A stretch of 64,000 bases of DNA from Scyliorhinus canicula (Eukaryota): NCBI RefSeq assembly GCF_902713615.1, contig NW_024055760.1, forward strand, positions 62,001 to 126,000. Reading direction: 5' to 3'. Of this stretch, positions 12,091 to 24,354 are shown one piece after another. Below the pieces are notes generated by a model that was not told the origin of the DNA, did not search any database, and saw nothing but the letters and a program-made list of their open reading frames with translations. Made by a program: the position numbers and the translations under genes. The first letter of the stretch is position 1. The number at the start of each line of letters is the position of its first letter.

Positions 12091-13087
12091 TCTCATTGAA
12101 ACTTACAGAATACTGAGAGGCCTGGATAGAGTGGACGTGGAGAGGATGTTTCCAACAGTAGGATAAACTAGAACCCGAGGGCACAGCCTCCAACTAAAGG
12201 GGCAAACCTTTCAAACTGAGATGAGGAGGAATTTCTTCAGCCAGAGGGTGGTGAATATTCTCACTCTCTCTTTCTCACTCTCTCTCTCTCACTGGAGCTG
12301 ACTTGATGGGCTGAATGGCCTAATTCTGCTCCTATATCTTATGGTCATTTTGTGGCTTATTGCTTGCTAGGATCTGTGTTTATCCTTTACCCAGCTGCAG
12401 GTTTACATATGGGTCCTCAGATCCTCCCCACCCTCTCACATTTATCTTGTTTCAGGTTCTGTGCTCGAGACAAGTCCTTGGCAGAGAAAACAGGCCGACA
12501 CTGTCCTGTGTTTGTCAACCCAGGAAGCTTTCTTCAAGAGTGAGAGAGAGGGAGCTATTCCAAACAGAGGCAATGCATTAAAAATGTTATAAGGTTCTTG
12601 GACAAGGACATCTTACAGATCTCCCAACCTGGAGAAGGGAATATCCCTATTGACTTCACACAACTGATTTCTGACTAACCCAGCTATTTCTAAGCTGTGA
12701 GCTTGTTTTCCTAATTTCTTGATTATAAACTGTAGATAACAAACTAAACTCACCAGAATGATCACAATCAGCAACACAAACCCTTGAGCTGTCATCACAA
12801 ATACAAGTCAAACATTTCCAGTAAAATGTGATAACCATCGACTCAGATTCATCCTCCCCACCTGCAGAACATCCCTCACAATTTCAAATTATTGACATGC
12901 CACAAATACAACATAAAATGTGTTGTAAATATCAATTGAACAAAAGTCCAGGCACAGAGTTTAAAAAATTCTCCAGCTCTTCTGAATCTACATTCTAGAT
13001 TTGGCAGCATGGTAGCACAGTGGGTAGCACGGTAGCTTCACAGCTCCAGGGTCCCAGATTCAATTCCCGTCTTGGGTCACGAGGAGA

Positions 13088-13316
13088 CTGTCACTTCCAG
13101 CCCCGGATATCACCATCCTCCTGATCCGGGATCAGTAATCCATTCCGGGGTGGCTGTCACTTCCAGCCCCGGATATCACCATCGCCCTGATCCGAGATCA
13201 GTAATCCATTCCGGGGTGGCTGTCACTTCCAGCCCCGGATATCACCATCCCCCTGATCCGGGATCAGTAATCCATTCCGAGGTGGCTGTCACTTGCAGCC
13301 GCGGAGATCAGCATCC
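13088..13316. repeat. 66-bp minisatellite, about 3.5 copies, internally palindromic
   Basis: unit starts at 13088, 13154, 13220, 13286. Confidence 0.9.
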
Positions 13317-13371
13317 AAACCAGCAGGAACTAGTATTCTCTCCAGTAACTTCTGAATTCTGCTGCTTAATT

Positions 13372-13521
13372 TAAAGGTACATGTCCATTAATCCTACTTG
13401 ATTTAAAGATACATGTCCATTAATCCTGCTTGACGTAAAGATACATGTCCATTAATCCTGCTTGACGTAAAGATACATGTCCATTAATCCTGCTTGATTT
13501 AAAGATACATGTCCATTAATC
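13372..13521. repeat. 32-bp minisatellite, about 4.7 copies
   Basis: taaagatacatgtccattaatcctgcttga(cg/tt) starting at 13372, 13404, 13436, 13468, 13500. Confidence 0.9.
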
Positions 13522-13616
13522 ATACATGGATCAAAAATAATAACGACAAAATAAAAGATAGTGAAAATAAGGGAATAAACAGGAAGGAGCCTTACAACTG
13601 TTAGTACAACTGTTTA

Positions 13617-13966
13617 GGGCAGCACGGTAGCATGGTGGTTAGCATAAATGCTTCACAGCTCCAGGGTCCCAGGTTCGATTCCCGGCTGGGTCACTGTCTG
13701 TGCGGAGTCTGCACGTCCTCCCCGTGTGTGCGTGGGTTTCCTCCGGGTGCTCCGGTTTCCTCCCACAGTCCAAAGATGTGCGGGTTAGGTGGATTGGCCA
13801 TGCTAAATTGCCCGTAGTGTCCTAATAGTAAGGTTAAGGGGGGGGGGGAGTTGTTGGGTTGCAGGTATAGGGTGGATACATGGGTTTGAGTAGGGTGATC
13901 ATGGCTCGGCACAACATCGAGGGCCGAAGGGCCTGTTCTGTGCTGTACTGTTCTATGTTCTATGTT
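13617..13966 (+). mobile_element. V-SINE family A
   Basis: full head gggcagcacggtagc to (ttctatg)n tail. Confidence 0.9.
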
Positions 13967-14300
13967 ATGGTTCACATGTATTTTCTGCCGATTTAGCTGG
14001 TGTAGCATATCTGTTGTTTTTCATAAACTCTTCAAAATGACCCCCCTTTTTGGGTAAACTCTGACTCCCGGACTAAGATCTGAAGTTTCCAGCATTCATC
14101 ATTAATCTTGTTGCCTCTAAATACAGTTGTAAAGGAGCCTTCTGCCTGTATCTCGGAGCTCTGAACCATGGAAGAGAGCGACTGTGGCGCGTTTCTTACA
14201 CACCTCAGTATTAACCCACACATTCAGTCCTGGATCTGATTGACAGCAGCAAAAATATCCGAATCCAATTCCTGCAGACACTCATCAAGTCGCTGGTGTT

Positions 14301-15191
14301 TCAGTCAGTGAATCCATTCCCACACTTGGGGCAGGTGAATGATCTCTCTCCAGCGTGAACTCGCTGGTGTATCATCAGCCCACTGCTGCTTTTAAAGCTC
14401 TGCTCACAGGCAAAATATTTAAAAGGTTTTATATCACATTGAATTTGTTGGTGTTTCAGCAGGTTGTATGACTGAGTGAAGCCCTTCCCACACACAGAGC
14501 AGGTGAACGGTCTCTCCCCAGTGTGAATTCGCTGATGCATCATGAGACCATTGCTGCTTCTAAAGCTCTGCTCACAGTCAAAACATTTAAAAGGTTTTAG
14601 ATCAGAGTGAATTTGTTGGTGTTTCAGTAGGTGATATGACTGAATGAATCCCTTCCCACACACAGAGCAAGTAAACGGTCTCTCTCCAGTGTGAATTCGC
14701 TGATGTACAGTAAGTTCAGATGATCGCCTGAAGCCAGTCCCGCAGTGAGAACACCTGAATGGTCTCTCGTCAGTGTGAACACGTTGATGACAGGTCACTT
14801 CCCCGGAAGTTTTAAAGCACTTCCCACAGTCTGGACATTTAAAAGGTCTTTTATCAGTGTGAACTCGCTGGTGTTTCTGCAGGTTTGATGTAGCAGTGAA
14901 TCCCTTTCCACACAAGGAGCAGATGAATGGCTTCTCCTCACTGTGAATGCGTTGGTGTCTCAACAGATACTTTTTGCTTTTAAATCTCTTCTCACATTCA
15001 GAACATTTGAAAGGTGTCTGTTCTGTGTGAACATACTGGTGTGTCAGCAGGCTGGATGACTGAGTGAATCCCTTCCCACAGGTGGAGCAGGTGAACGGCC
15101 TCTCCCCAGTGTGACTGCGTCGATGCATTTCCAGTTCAGAAGGGTAACTGAATCGCTTCCAACAGTCCCCACATTGCCACGGTTTCTCCAT
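14301..15191 (-). CDS. C2H2 ZNF gene 3 (8 intact, 2 degenerate and 1 truncated finger)
   Basis: ATG 15191 MEKPWQCGDC; upstream in-frame extension is partly MITE-derived; exon-1 donor GTGAGT about 16205, acceptor about 15930. Confidence 0.85.
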   Translation of the reverse strand: MEKPWQCGDCWKRFSYPSELEMHRRSHTGERPFTCSTCGKGFTQSSSLLTHQYVHTEQTPFKCSECEKRFKSKKYLLRHQRIHSEEKPFICSLCGKGFTATSNLQKHQRVHTDKRPFKCPDCGKCFKTSGEVTCHQRVHTDERPFRCSHCGTGFRRSSELTVHQRIHTGERPFTCSVCGKGFIQSYHLLKHQQIHSDLKPFKCFDCEQSFRSSNGLMMHQRIHTGERPFTCSVCGKGFTQSYNLLKHQQIQCDIKPFKYFACEQSFKSSSGLMIHQRVHAGERSFTCPKCGNGFTD

Positions 15192-15313
15192 GGTGCCGGT
15201 GTCCTTGCGTCTCTCCAGGTTGAATGACAAGTTGAACTCTTGTCCAGACACACAACACATGGACGGTTTCTCCCCACAGTGAATGATGTGATGGTTTTTC
15301 TGTCTATGTAACT

Positions 15314-15684
15314 CAGGGGTGGGCAAACTTTTCCGTGCAAGGGCCACATTCAGAAATTCACAATTCACAAAGGGCCGCATAGTATATTAAGTAAAATAAT
15401 TACTTCACCCGGTTATGATTCTGGGCGCCTCATATAGAACATAGAACAGTACAGCACAGAACAGGCCCTTCGGCCCTCGATGTTGTGCCGAGCAATGATC
15501 ACCCTACTCAAGTCAACGTATCCACCCTATACCAGTAAGTAACCCAACAGCCCCCCCCATTAACCTTAAAAAAAAATTTTTTTTTTAAATTAAAAAATTT
15601 TTTTTTTTTTAATGACTTGGAGGGCCGCAGAAATACCTTTGGCGGGCCGCATGCGGCCCGCGGGCCGTAGTTTGCCCACCCCTG
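15314..15684. mobile_element. non-autonomous hAT (Charlie-like) MITE with a nested SINE tail
   Basis: TIR CAGGGGTGGGCAAACT / AGTTTGCCCACCCCTG; 8-bp TSD ATGTAACT at 15306-15313 and 15685-15692; family-A SINE 3' fragment (-) at about 15433-15570. Confidence 0.9.
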
Positions 15685-16229
15685 ATGTAACTGGTTAAAG
15701 CTCTTTCCACAGTCAGTTCATGGAACATTCACATACTGTGTATGTGCGTCTCTGTGCTTTTCCAATCACACGGATGTTTAAAATCTTTTCCCACAAACTG
15801 AACAGACAAACATTACTCCTTCCACATTCAAAGACTGTGATATTCAGGTTCTAAAGAACTGAGTGACTGTCAGATCTTGATATTTGGTTTGAGTTTTCCG
15901 TCGGCCAATCTTCCGCTTCTAACCCCCTGTAAGGAGTCTACAAAAGCCATCACTGTGAGTCCAGGATAGAAATTCTGAACAGACAATTCCTGTTTCTCTG
16001 GAACAATTTTTCCTCTCTTGTTCCCCCAAAGCTGTAAATCCCCGTCCCACACACTCTCCCTCCTCCCTGGGCTGAAATGCAAACCCATCTCACCATTTCT
16101 TTTCTCCCTCCCTCTCCTCTGCCTGGGTTCAGTTCTCCAGCTCCTGTCTGCAGACTGACAATAAAACCAATGGGTCTTATTGGGGAGTTTGGGGCCTCCA
16201 CTCACCCGCCTGAATCCAGCTTCATACCT

Positions 16230-16745
16230 GCACTGAGCATGCTCCAGCTCACAATGGCTGTGGAGTGATTGACGGCAGGTGCCGACCAATAGGAAGACGG
16301 TAGTTCGTGTGTCGATTTCCTACGGCAAACGGACCCCCATCTTTTGTCCTTGAAGCGGAGCGCTGCGGCGGCCATGTTGGTAAGGGATGAGAGAGTGGGC
16401 GGATCTTCCGGCCGGGTGACATGCCCCGGGGCAGCCGGTGACCGCCACCATCTTGGGAATGGAACTCGGGTCTTTTGTTTGTAGAGTAGAGTGCTGGAAC
16501 GGCCATCTTGGTATGGGAAGAGAAAGGAGGCGGAGTTTCCGCTCCGGTAACCGCCCCCGGGTCACCTGGCGACCACCGCCATCTTGATAATGGAGGTCGG
16601 GTCTTTTGTTCCTGGCGCGGAGCGTTGGGGCGGCCATATTTGTATAGTTTGAGGGGGGTGGGCGGGGCTTTCTCCCCGGTGACGGGCCACCAAATCACTC
16701 GGCGGCCGCCGCCATCTTGTGGCGGGATTTTCTGTCCGGGTCTTT
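16230..16745. promoter_or_regulatory. bidirectional CpG-rich promoter between ZNF3 (-) and ZNF4 (+)
   Basis: CCAAT at about 16287, shared CCTATTGG...CTGCCGTCAATCA...CATTGTGAG module on minus, about six YY1-type CCATNTT motifs 16370-16720. Confidence 0.7.
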
Positions 16746-17804
16746 AGTGAAGGACAATGAGCTGGAGCTGAGGTTGCAAAGTGTTCAGAGGAAGGTCTGA
16801 AATCAGATTTACAGTCAGATATCTGTAAGAACCACAAAGTTCACATTCATTATGTCTGTCAAATGGAACCACAATGCTGCAAACTCTCAGTTCTGAAGAA
16901 GAATCAGATTGCATTGGAAATGTTAACTCTCTTTTTCTCTCTTCACAGAAGCTGTCAAACCGGCTGAGGATTTGCACAACTTTCTGTTTTCACTTCACAT
17001 TTCCAGGGTTTTGCTCAAATTATTATTAGGGTTTTGAAATTGTGTTTCATTATCAGTTCAGAGTAAAATAATTGTCACCATTTAAATGTCCAAATCAGTG
17101 ATATTTATTTGTCTAACTGAGTCTGGGCTGTTCAGGAGCAATGTCAGAAATCACTTTTAAGAAAATATAGTGAAATCTGCAATTCTGTCAATAGAAACTA
17201 TAAAAACTGAGATTGATAGAAGTTTGTGAGACAAGAGTATTAATGGTTATAGAATCAAGGGAGATGGATGGATAGAACAAACAGATCAGACATCTGCAAA
17301 CTGGAGCTTAATGTTTGAGGTTGAACTGGTTTTGTTTTGAAGGTGGTGTCGGTTTCCTGTCCTATCGATTATCTCCACACCCGTGGGTAATTTGTTGGAG
17401 GTGAGATAATAATCTTTATTAGTGTCACAAGTAGGCTGACATTAACACTGCAGTGATTAACTATGATAAACACAAACTGATTTGACTTGATTTTTATTCA
17501 GAATTTAATGTTTTATAACAAAGTTGGAGTTTATACATAATAATAATAAAGTCTTTCTTATTGTCACAGGGGCTGGTTTAGCACACTGGGCTAAATCGCT
17601 GGCTTTTAAAGCAGACCAAGGCAGGCCAGCAGCACTGCTCAATTCCCGTACCAGCCTCCCCGAACAGGCGCCGGAATTATGGCGACTCGGGGCTTTTCAC
17701 AGTAAGCTTATATTAACACTGCAATGAAGTTACTGTGAAAATCCCCAATCCTGTCGATTATCTCCACACCCCTGGGTAAGTTGCTGGAGGTGAGATCATA
17801 ATAA

Positions 17805-18060
17805 TCTTTGTTACACTGCAGTGAAGTTACTGTGAAAATCCCCGATTTACCACACTCCTGTGCCTGTTCGGGTAAATTGAGGGAAAATTCAGAATGTCCA
17901 ATTCACTTAACAATTCACCTCACGTCTTTCGGAACTTGTGGGAAACCCATGCAGACACGGGGAGAACATGCAGACTCCGCACAGACAGTGACCCAAGTGG
18001 GAATCAAACCCAGGTTGCTGGTGCTGTGAAGCAACAGTGCTAACCACTGTACTACCGTGA
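17805..18060 (-). mobile_element. V-SINE family E
   Basis: V core plus gaattc...actgcagtg tail; preceded by family D copy at 17568-17730. Confidence 0.7.
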
Positions 18061-18510
18061 TGGGGAAGAGGGCTGATGCAGTGACACAGCCTTGTCTGAT
18101 CCCAGTCTTCACTGAGATAGTGTCTGGGGTGTATCCATTGATGAGGATCATGGCTTGTGTGCCATCGTGGTGTAGGTGGAGGATGGTGGCCAAGTTCTGA
18201 GGACAGCCAAATTTGAGGAACATACTGAATAAAACATCATTTTGACAGTGTGAAGGGTTTTTGTGAGGTCAGAAAAGACCAAGAACTGCGATTGGTGCTA
18301 TTCCTTGTATTTTCCTTGAGTTTGTCAAGTAGTGTAGATCATGTCGTTGGTGCCTCGTGAAGGGAGAAAACCTAACTGTGACTCTGGAAGGAGCTCTTTA
18401 GCCACTAAGAGATCATTGAGGAGGATCCTGGCAATGATCTTCTCTGTGGCAGACAGCAGGGAGTCGCCTGTGTAATTACCACAATGAGACTTGTCTCTCT
18501 TCTTTAATAT
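18060..18510 (-). mobile_element. RTE-clade LINE reverse transcriptase fragment
   Basis: GNYTGDSLLS...LLPESQLGFLPSRGTNDMIYT and VKTGIRQGCV motifs. Confidence 0.65.
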
Positions 18511-18529
18511 AGTCACAATGTCTCAGAGA

Positions 18530-20090
18530 TCCCCCGGCATGCATCCGTCATCAGGGCTTCATCAGCACGGCTTCATCAAGGGGAGGTCATGCCTGACAAA
18601 TGTGTTAGAATTCTTTGAGGAGGTAAAAAGGAAGTTAGACAAAGGAGAGCCAATGGATGTGATCCATTTGGGTTTCCAGAAGGCCTTTGACAAGGTGCCG
18701 TACAGCAGGCTGCCAAATATAGATAAGAGCCCATGGTGTTCGGGGCAAGGTACTGGAATGGTTAGAGGATTAGTTGACAGGCAGAAGGCGGAGAGTGGGG
18801 TGAAGGGGTCTATTTCAGGATGGCAGCCGGTGACTATTGGTGTTCCACAGGGGCCAGTGTTGGGACCACAACTATTCAATACATTAACGATCTGGAGGAA
18901 GGATCAGAAGGCACTGTTGCTAAGCTTGCAGATGATAGAAAGATGTATAGAGGGACAGGTAGTGTTCAGGAAGCTGCAGAAGGACTTAGACAGGTTAGGA
19001 GAGTGGGAAAAGAAGTGGCAGATGTAATAGAATATGGAAAGGTGTGAGGTTATGCACTTTGGTGGGGGTGGGGAGAATCGAGAGACTATTTTCTAAATGG
19101 GGAACGACTTCTTGTTAGTTGAATTGGACATTCTGAATTCTCCCTCTGTGTACCCGAACAGGTGCCTGCAGAAGGACTGGGGCAACAAGGAGATTTTCAC
19201 TGTAACTTCATTGCAGTATTAATGTAGGCCTACTTGTGACACTAAGAAAGATTATAGAACAAAGAAAATTACAGCACAGGAACAGGCCCTTCGGCCCTCC
19301 CAGCCTGCGCCGATCCAGAAACTTTATCTAAACCTGTCTCCTATTTTCCAAGGTCTACTTCCCTCTGTTCCCACCCGTTCATATACCTGTCTAGATGCCT
19401 CTTAAATGATGCTATCGTGCCCGCCTCTACCACCTCTGCTGGTAAAGCATTCCAGGCACCCACCACCCTCTGCGTAAAAAACTTTCCACGCACATCTCCC
19501 TTAAACTTTCCCCCTCTCACCTTCAAATCGTGACCCCTTGTAACTGACACCCCCACTCTTGGAAAAAGCTTGTTCATCATTGTATCATCATTATTATTAG
19601 CTGGAGTACTGTGTGCAGTTCTGGTCGACACTTTATAGGAAGGATGTGATTGCACTGGAGGGTGTGAAGAAGCGATGCACCAGTATGTTGCCTGGGATGG
19701 AACATTTATGAAGCGAGGTTGGACAGGCGTGGGTCATTTTCATTGGAGCAGAGAAGACTGAGGGGCGACCTGATTGAGGTGCACAAGATTGAGGGCCATG
19801 GACAGGGTGGATAGGGAGTAGCTGTTCCCCTTAGTTGAAGGGTCAGTCACAAGGGGACACAAGTTCATGGTGAGGGGCAAGATGTTAAGGGGGATTTTGA
19901 GGAAAACCCTGTTTACCCAGAGGTTGGTGACGGTCTGGAATGCACTGCCTGGGAGGGTGGTAGAGGTGGGTTGCCTCACATCCTTTAAAAAGTACCTGGA
20001 TGAAGACTGGCACGTCATAACATTCAAGGCGATGGATCAACTGCTGGCAAATGGGGTTAGGTAGGTAGGTCAGGAGTTTTTCGTGTGTCA
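18530..20090. mobile_element. cluster of CR1 fragments (18530-19110 +, 19258-19572 -, 19600-20090 +)
   Basis: QHGFIKGRSCLTN, GVPQGPVLGP, FFTQRVV motifs with frameshifts. Confidence 0.8.
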
Positions 20091-20094
20091 GTGT

Positions 20095-20900
20095 TGGATT
20101 GGATTTGGATTTTGTTTATTGTCACGTGTACCGAGGTACAGTGAAAAGTATTTTTCTGCGACCAGCTCAACAGATCATTAAGTACAGGAAAAGAAAAGGA
20201 AATAAAATAAAACACATGATAGGCAACACAAGGTCCACAATGTAACTACATAATACCGGCATCGGGTGAAGCATACAGGGTGTAGTGTTAATGAGGTCAG
20301 TCCATAAGAGGGTCATTTAGGAGTCTGGTAACAGCGGGGAAGAAGCTGTTTTTGAGTCTGTTCGTGCGTGTTCTCAGACTTTTGTATCTCCTGCCCGATG
20401 GAAGAAGTTGGAAGAGTGAGTAAGCCGGGTGGGAGGGATCTTTGATTATGCTGCCCGCTTTCCCCAGGCAGCGGGAAGCAGGTTCATGTGATGGACTGGG
20501 CAGTGTTCACGACTCTCCGAAGTTTCTTATTGTCTTGGGCTGAAAAGTTGCCAGACCAGGCTGTGATGCAGCCAAATAGGATCTGTAAAAGTTGGTATGA
20601 GTTAATGGGACATGCCAAATTTCCTTAGTTTCCTGAGGAAATATAGGCGCTGTTGTGCTTTCTTAGTGGTAGCGTCAACGTGGATGGACCTGGACAGATT
20701 TTTGGAGATGTGCACCCCGAGGAATTTGAAAATGCTAACCATCTCCACCTCGGCCCCGTTGATGCTGACAGGGGTGTGTACAGTACTTTGCTTCCTGAAG
20801 TCAATGACCAGCTCTTTAGTTTTGCTGGCATTGAGGGAGAGATTGTTGTCACTGCACCACTCCACTAGGTTCTCTATCTCCCTCCTGTATTCTGACTTGT
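20095..20900 (-). mobile_element. Rex1/Babar-type LINE 3' fragment
   Basis: WCSDNNLSLNASKTKELVIDFRK...KKAQQRLYFLRKLRKF; (aatcc)-type tail at 20095-20115. Confidence 0.7.
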
Positions 20901-21400
20901 GCAGACTTGCTGGGCGAAAGGCCTCTTCACTGTTGCTATTGACACAATGTTCGGTGGCATTGTAGGCAGCTCAGATGATAGCATAAAATTACACGGAGAT
21001 ATTGACAGACTAGGTGAATGGGCAAATTTGTGGCAGATGGAATTCAATGTAATCAAGTGTGAGGTTATCTGTTTTGAACCAAAAAGAATAGAACAGAGGA
21101 CTTTCTAAATGGAAAGAGGTTAAGTACAGTGGATGCCGAAGGTGCAGAGATTCTTAAAATGCCACAAACAAGTGCAGGAAATAATCAAAAAGGAATGCTA
21201 GCATTTATATCCAGAGGATTGGAGTATAAAGTCACAGAGGTTATGCTGCAGTTGTACAAAACCCTGGTAAGACCCCACTTGGAGAACTGTGAGCCATTCT
21301 GGCCACCTCACCTTCCAGAGGATATTTTGGCCTTGGAGGGAGTGCAATATAGATTTGCTAAAACGATTCGCCACGATACCTGGACTACGGGGGTTAGGTT
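20900..21400 (+). mobile_element. CR1 fragment
   Basis: WQMEFNVIKCEV, LVRPHLE motifs. Confidence 0.75.
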
Positions 21401-21409
21401 ACGAGAGAG

Positions 21410-22210
21410 ATTATTGATTGATTGGTTTTATTTATTGTCACGTGTACAGTGAAAAGTATTGTTCTGCGGACAGTCCATACAGATCATTCCAGACATGAAA
21501 GAAAACCCATAGGACCGACATAAATACACAGGCAAGGGGTGAGCATACAGAGTGCAATACTACTCAGCAGAGAAGATGTGTGAAGAGTTCAGTTCAGTTC
21601 ATAAGAGGATCATTCAGGGGTCTGGTAACAACGGGGAAGAAACTGTTTTTGAACCTGTTAGTGCGTGTTCTCAGACTTTTTCTGATGGGGGAAGTTGGAA
21701 GAGTGAGTAACCCGGATTGGAGGGTCTTTGATTCTGCTGCCCGCTTTCCCATGGCAGAGGGAGGTGTAGACAGGGTCAGTGGATGGGAGGCAGGCTTGTG
21801 TGATGGACTGGGCTGAGTTTGCGACTCTATAGATTCTTACGATCTTGGACCAAGCAGTTGCCATACCAGACTCTGATGCAGCCAGATAGGATGCTTTCTA
21901 TGGAGCATCTGTAAAAGTTGGTAAGCGTCAATGCGGACATGCTGAATTTCCTTAGTTTCCTGAAAAAGTATAGGCGCTGTTGTGCTTTCTTGGTCGTAGT
22001 GTCGACGTGGGTGGACCAGATTGTTGGTGATGTGCACACCTAGGAATTTGAAACTGTTAACCATCTCCACCTCGGCACCATTGATGCTGACAGGGGTGTG
22101 TACGATACATTGCTTCCTGAAGTCAATGACCAGCTCCTTAGTTTTGCTGACATTGAGGGATAGATTGTTGTTGTTACGCCACTCCACCAGGTTCTCTATG
22201 TCCCTCCTGT
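21410..22210 (-). mobile_element. Rex1/Babar-type LINE 3' fragment
   Basis: NNLSLNVSKTKELVIDFRK, KKAQQRLYF; homologous to 20095-20900. Confidence 0.7.
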
Positions 22211-22903
22211 AGATATTGAGGGTGTCAAGGGATATGGGTATAGTGTGCGAAAACGGAGCTGAGGTAGATCGGCCAATGATCCCATTGAATGGTTCACGTT
22301 TGATGGGCCGAATGGCCGACTGCTGCTCATATTTGTTGTGACCTTCTGGACAGGAAGCTGTGAGCTTGTATCTGTCAATCAGCCTGAATCAGCACCTTCA
22401 GGAGAATAGGGAGGGTGAATATTAGATACAGCAGAGTGAGAATGGAGGGAGAGTGTGTGGGATGGAGATTTACAGCTTTCGGGGAATGAGAGAGAGGAAA
22501 AAATGTGACATAGAAACTAGAATTGTCTGTTCTGAGTTTCTATCCTGCACCGACAGTGATGAGTTTTGTAAATTATTTTTACAGGATATTAGACGAGGAG
22601 GAATTACAGATCGAAATCTCAAACATTATGTCTCGATCTGACAGTCACTCGATTCCCTTTAACCTGAATATCATCGGCGTTTGAATCCAGAAGGAGAAAT
22701 GTTTGCCCGAACTGTCGGCTTCTAAAGATTTCAAACATCAGTGTGACTGGAAAAGCATCGAGACCCACACAACACACACCCCAGTGAGAGTGTTCCAGTG
22801 AACTGACTGTGGAAAGAGGTTTAATCAGTTACACGGCCTGAAAAAACATCACAACATTCACAGTGAGGAGAGACCCTACCAGTGGTCTGAACTGGTGTCC
22901 AAC

Positions 22904-23581
22904 ATGGAGAGTCACGAGGAAACCCAAAACATGGAGAAACGGTGGAAATGTGGGCACTGTGGGAAGGGATTCAGAGCCCCATTGCAGCTGGAGATTCATC
23001 AACGCATTCACACTGGGCTGAGGCCATTCACCTGCTCTCAGTGTGGGAAAGGATTTAGTCAAGTGTCCAACCTGCGGAGACACCAGCGAGTTCACACTGG
23101 GGAGAGACCATTCACCTGCTCTCAGTGTGGGAAAGGATTTGCTCAAGGATCCAACCTGCAGTCACACCAGCGAGTTCACACTGGGGAGAGACCATTCACC
23201 TGCACTCAGTGTGGGAAAGGATTTACTGAAGGATCCAAACTACGGAAACACCAGCGAGTTCACACCGGGGAGAAATTGTTCATCTGCTCTCAGTGTGGGG
23301 AGGGATTCAGTCAGTTATCCCACCTGCGGAAACATCAGCGAGTTCACACTGGGAAGAAGCCATTCACCTGCCCTCAGTGTGGGAAGGGATTCACTCAGTC
23401 ATATCACCTGCGGAGACACCAGCGAGTTCACACTGGGGAGAGGCCGTTCATCTGCTCTCAGTGTGGGAAAGGATTTAGTCACATATCAAACCTGCGGAGA
23501 CACCAGCAAATTCGCACTGGGGAGACGCCGTCCACCTCTCAATGTGAGACGGGATTGCATGTTTCACCACACCTGCTGTGA
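22904..23581 (+). CDS. C2H2 ZNF gene 4 (6 intact and 1 degenerate finger)
   Basis: [19 protein letters not shown]; acceptor ttttttacag at about 22583; 3' UTR to about 23900. Confidence 0.85.
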   Translation: MESHEETQNMEKRWKCGHCGKGFRAPLQLEIHQRIHTGLRPFTCSQCGKGFSQVSNLRRHQRVHTGERPFTCSQCGKGFAQGSNLQSHQRVHTGERPFTCTQCGKGFTEGSKLRKHQRVHTGEKLFICSQCGEGFSQLSHLRKHQRVHTGKKPFTCPQCGKGFTQSYHLRRHQRVHTGERPFICSQCGKGFSHISNLRRHQQIRTGETPSTSQCETGLHVSPHLL

Positions 23582-24104
23582 CACGAACAATTTCACAATT
23601 GATTACAGGGGTTGGATTCTGCTGTTATTGTTTCTGCTCTGCACCCAGGACTGCATTTTGTTCATTCTGACAGGTGGTCAGTGGGGATGGTCGGAGGGTT
23701 TCTTTCTGCTGGACTGGCCGGTCTCACCACTTTGCCTCCAGTGGGCTGATTCTCTCTGAGCCTTGTTGCTAATACCTGGCTTCAAATTTCACAAGGATCA
23801 CAGAGTGAAAGGGTGTTTGGAAGTTTGAAGGTATTTAGTTCCTATTTCTATTTGGAACCTCCCAAAGCATGCCACGTTGCCATGGAGATGGGCCCTGGTG
23901 GTTACCTTTTTTGTTTCATTTACCTGGATCACGGGGCCAAGGATCCGGGTTTGATCCTGGCTCCGGGTCACTGTCCGTTGGAGTTTGCACATTCTCCCCG
24001 TGTCTGACTGGGTCTCACCCCCAAAACCCAGGGTTGGTGAATTGGTCACGGTAAATTGCCTCTTAATTGGAAAAAAAGAATTGGGTATTCTAAATTTAAA
24101 AAGC

Positions 24105-24320
24105 AGTTGGTTGATGGCTAGTTCGTGATACAGAGCGAGGCCAACAGCGCGGTTCGACTCCCACACCGGGTGAGGTTAACCATGAAGGCCCGGCCTTATC
24201 AACATTACCCCTCGCCTGAGGTGTGGTGACCCTCAGATTAAATCACCGCCAGTCAGCTCGCTCGCTCTCACTTTCTTGCTCAAAGGGGAAAGCATCCTGT
24301 GGTCCTCTGGGTATTTTGTG
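24105..24320 (+). mobile_element. tRNA-derived SINE (family F)
   Basis: cagttggttgatggctagttcgtgat...ggttcgactcc head; related minus-strand copy split at 59980-60093 and 60427-60525. Confidence 0.65.
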
Positions 24321-24354
24321 ACTTTTATTTCACATTTATACAACAAATCTAGAT

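Noticed and set aside
13088-13521. CRISPR-like array of palindromic repeats, or ORF 13072..13374 as a repeat protein
   Set aside because: Units are wholly repeated with no unique spacers, the context is eukaryotic, and the ORF starts in a SINE head and is open only because 66 is divisible by 3.
22795-22815. Selenocysteine or read-through at the TGA replacing a finger Cys
   Set aside because: One paralog has TAA and another TGC, surrounding codons are decayed, and no SECIS was identified.
22380-22900. KRAB, SCAN or BTB coding exon upstream of the ZNF arrays
   Set aside because: Leader frames contain stops and only fossil fingers; no effector-like ORF was found near any promoter.
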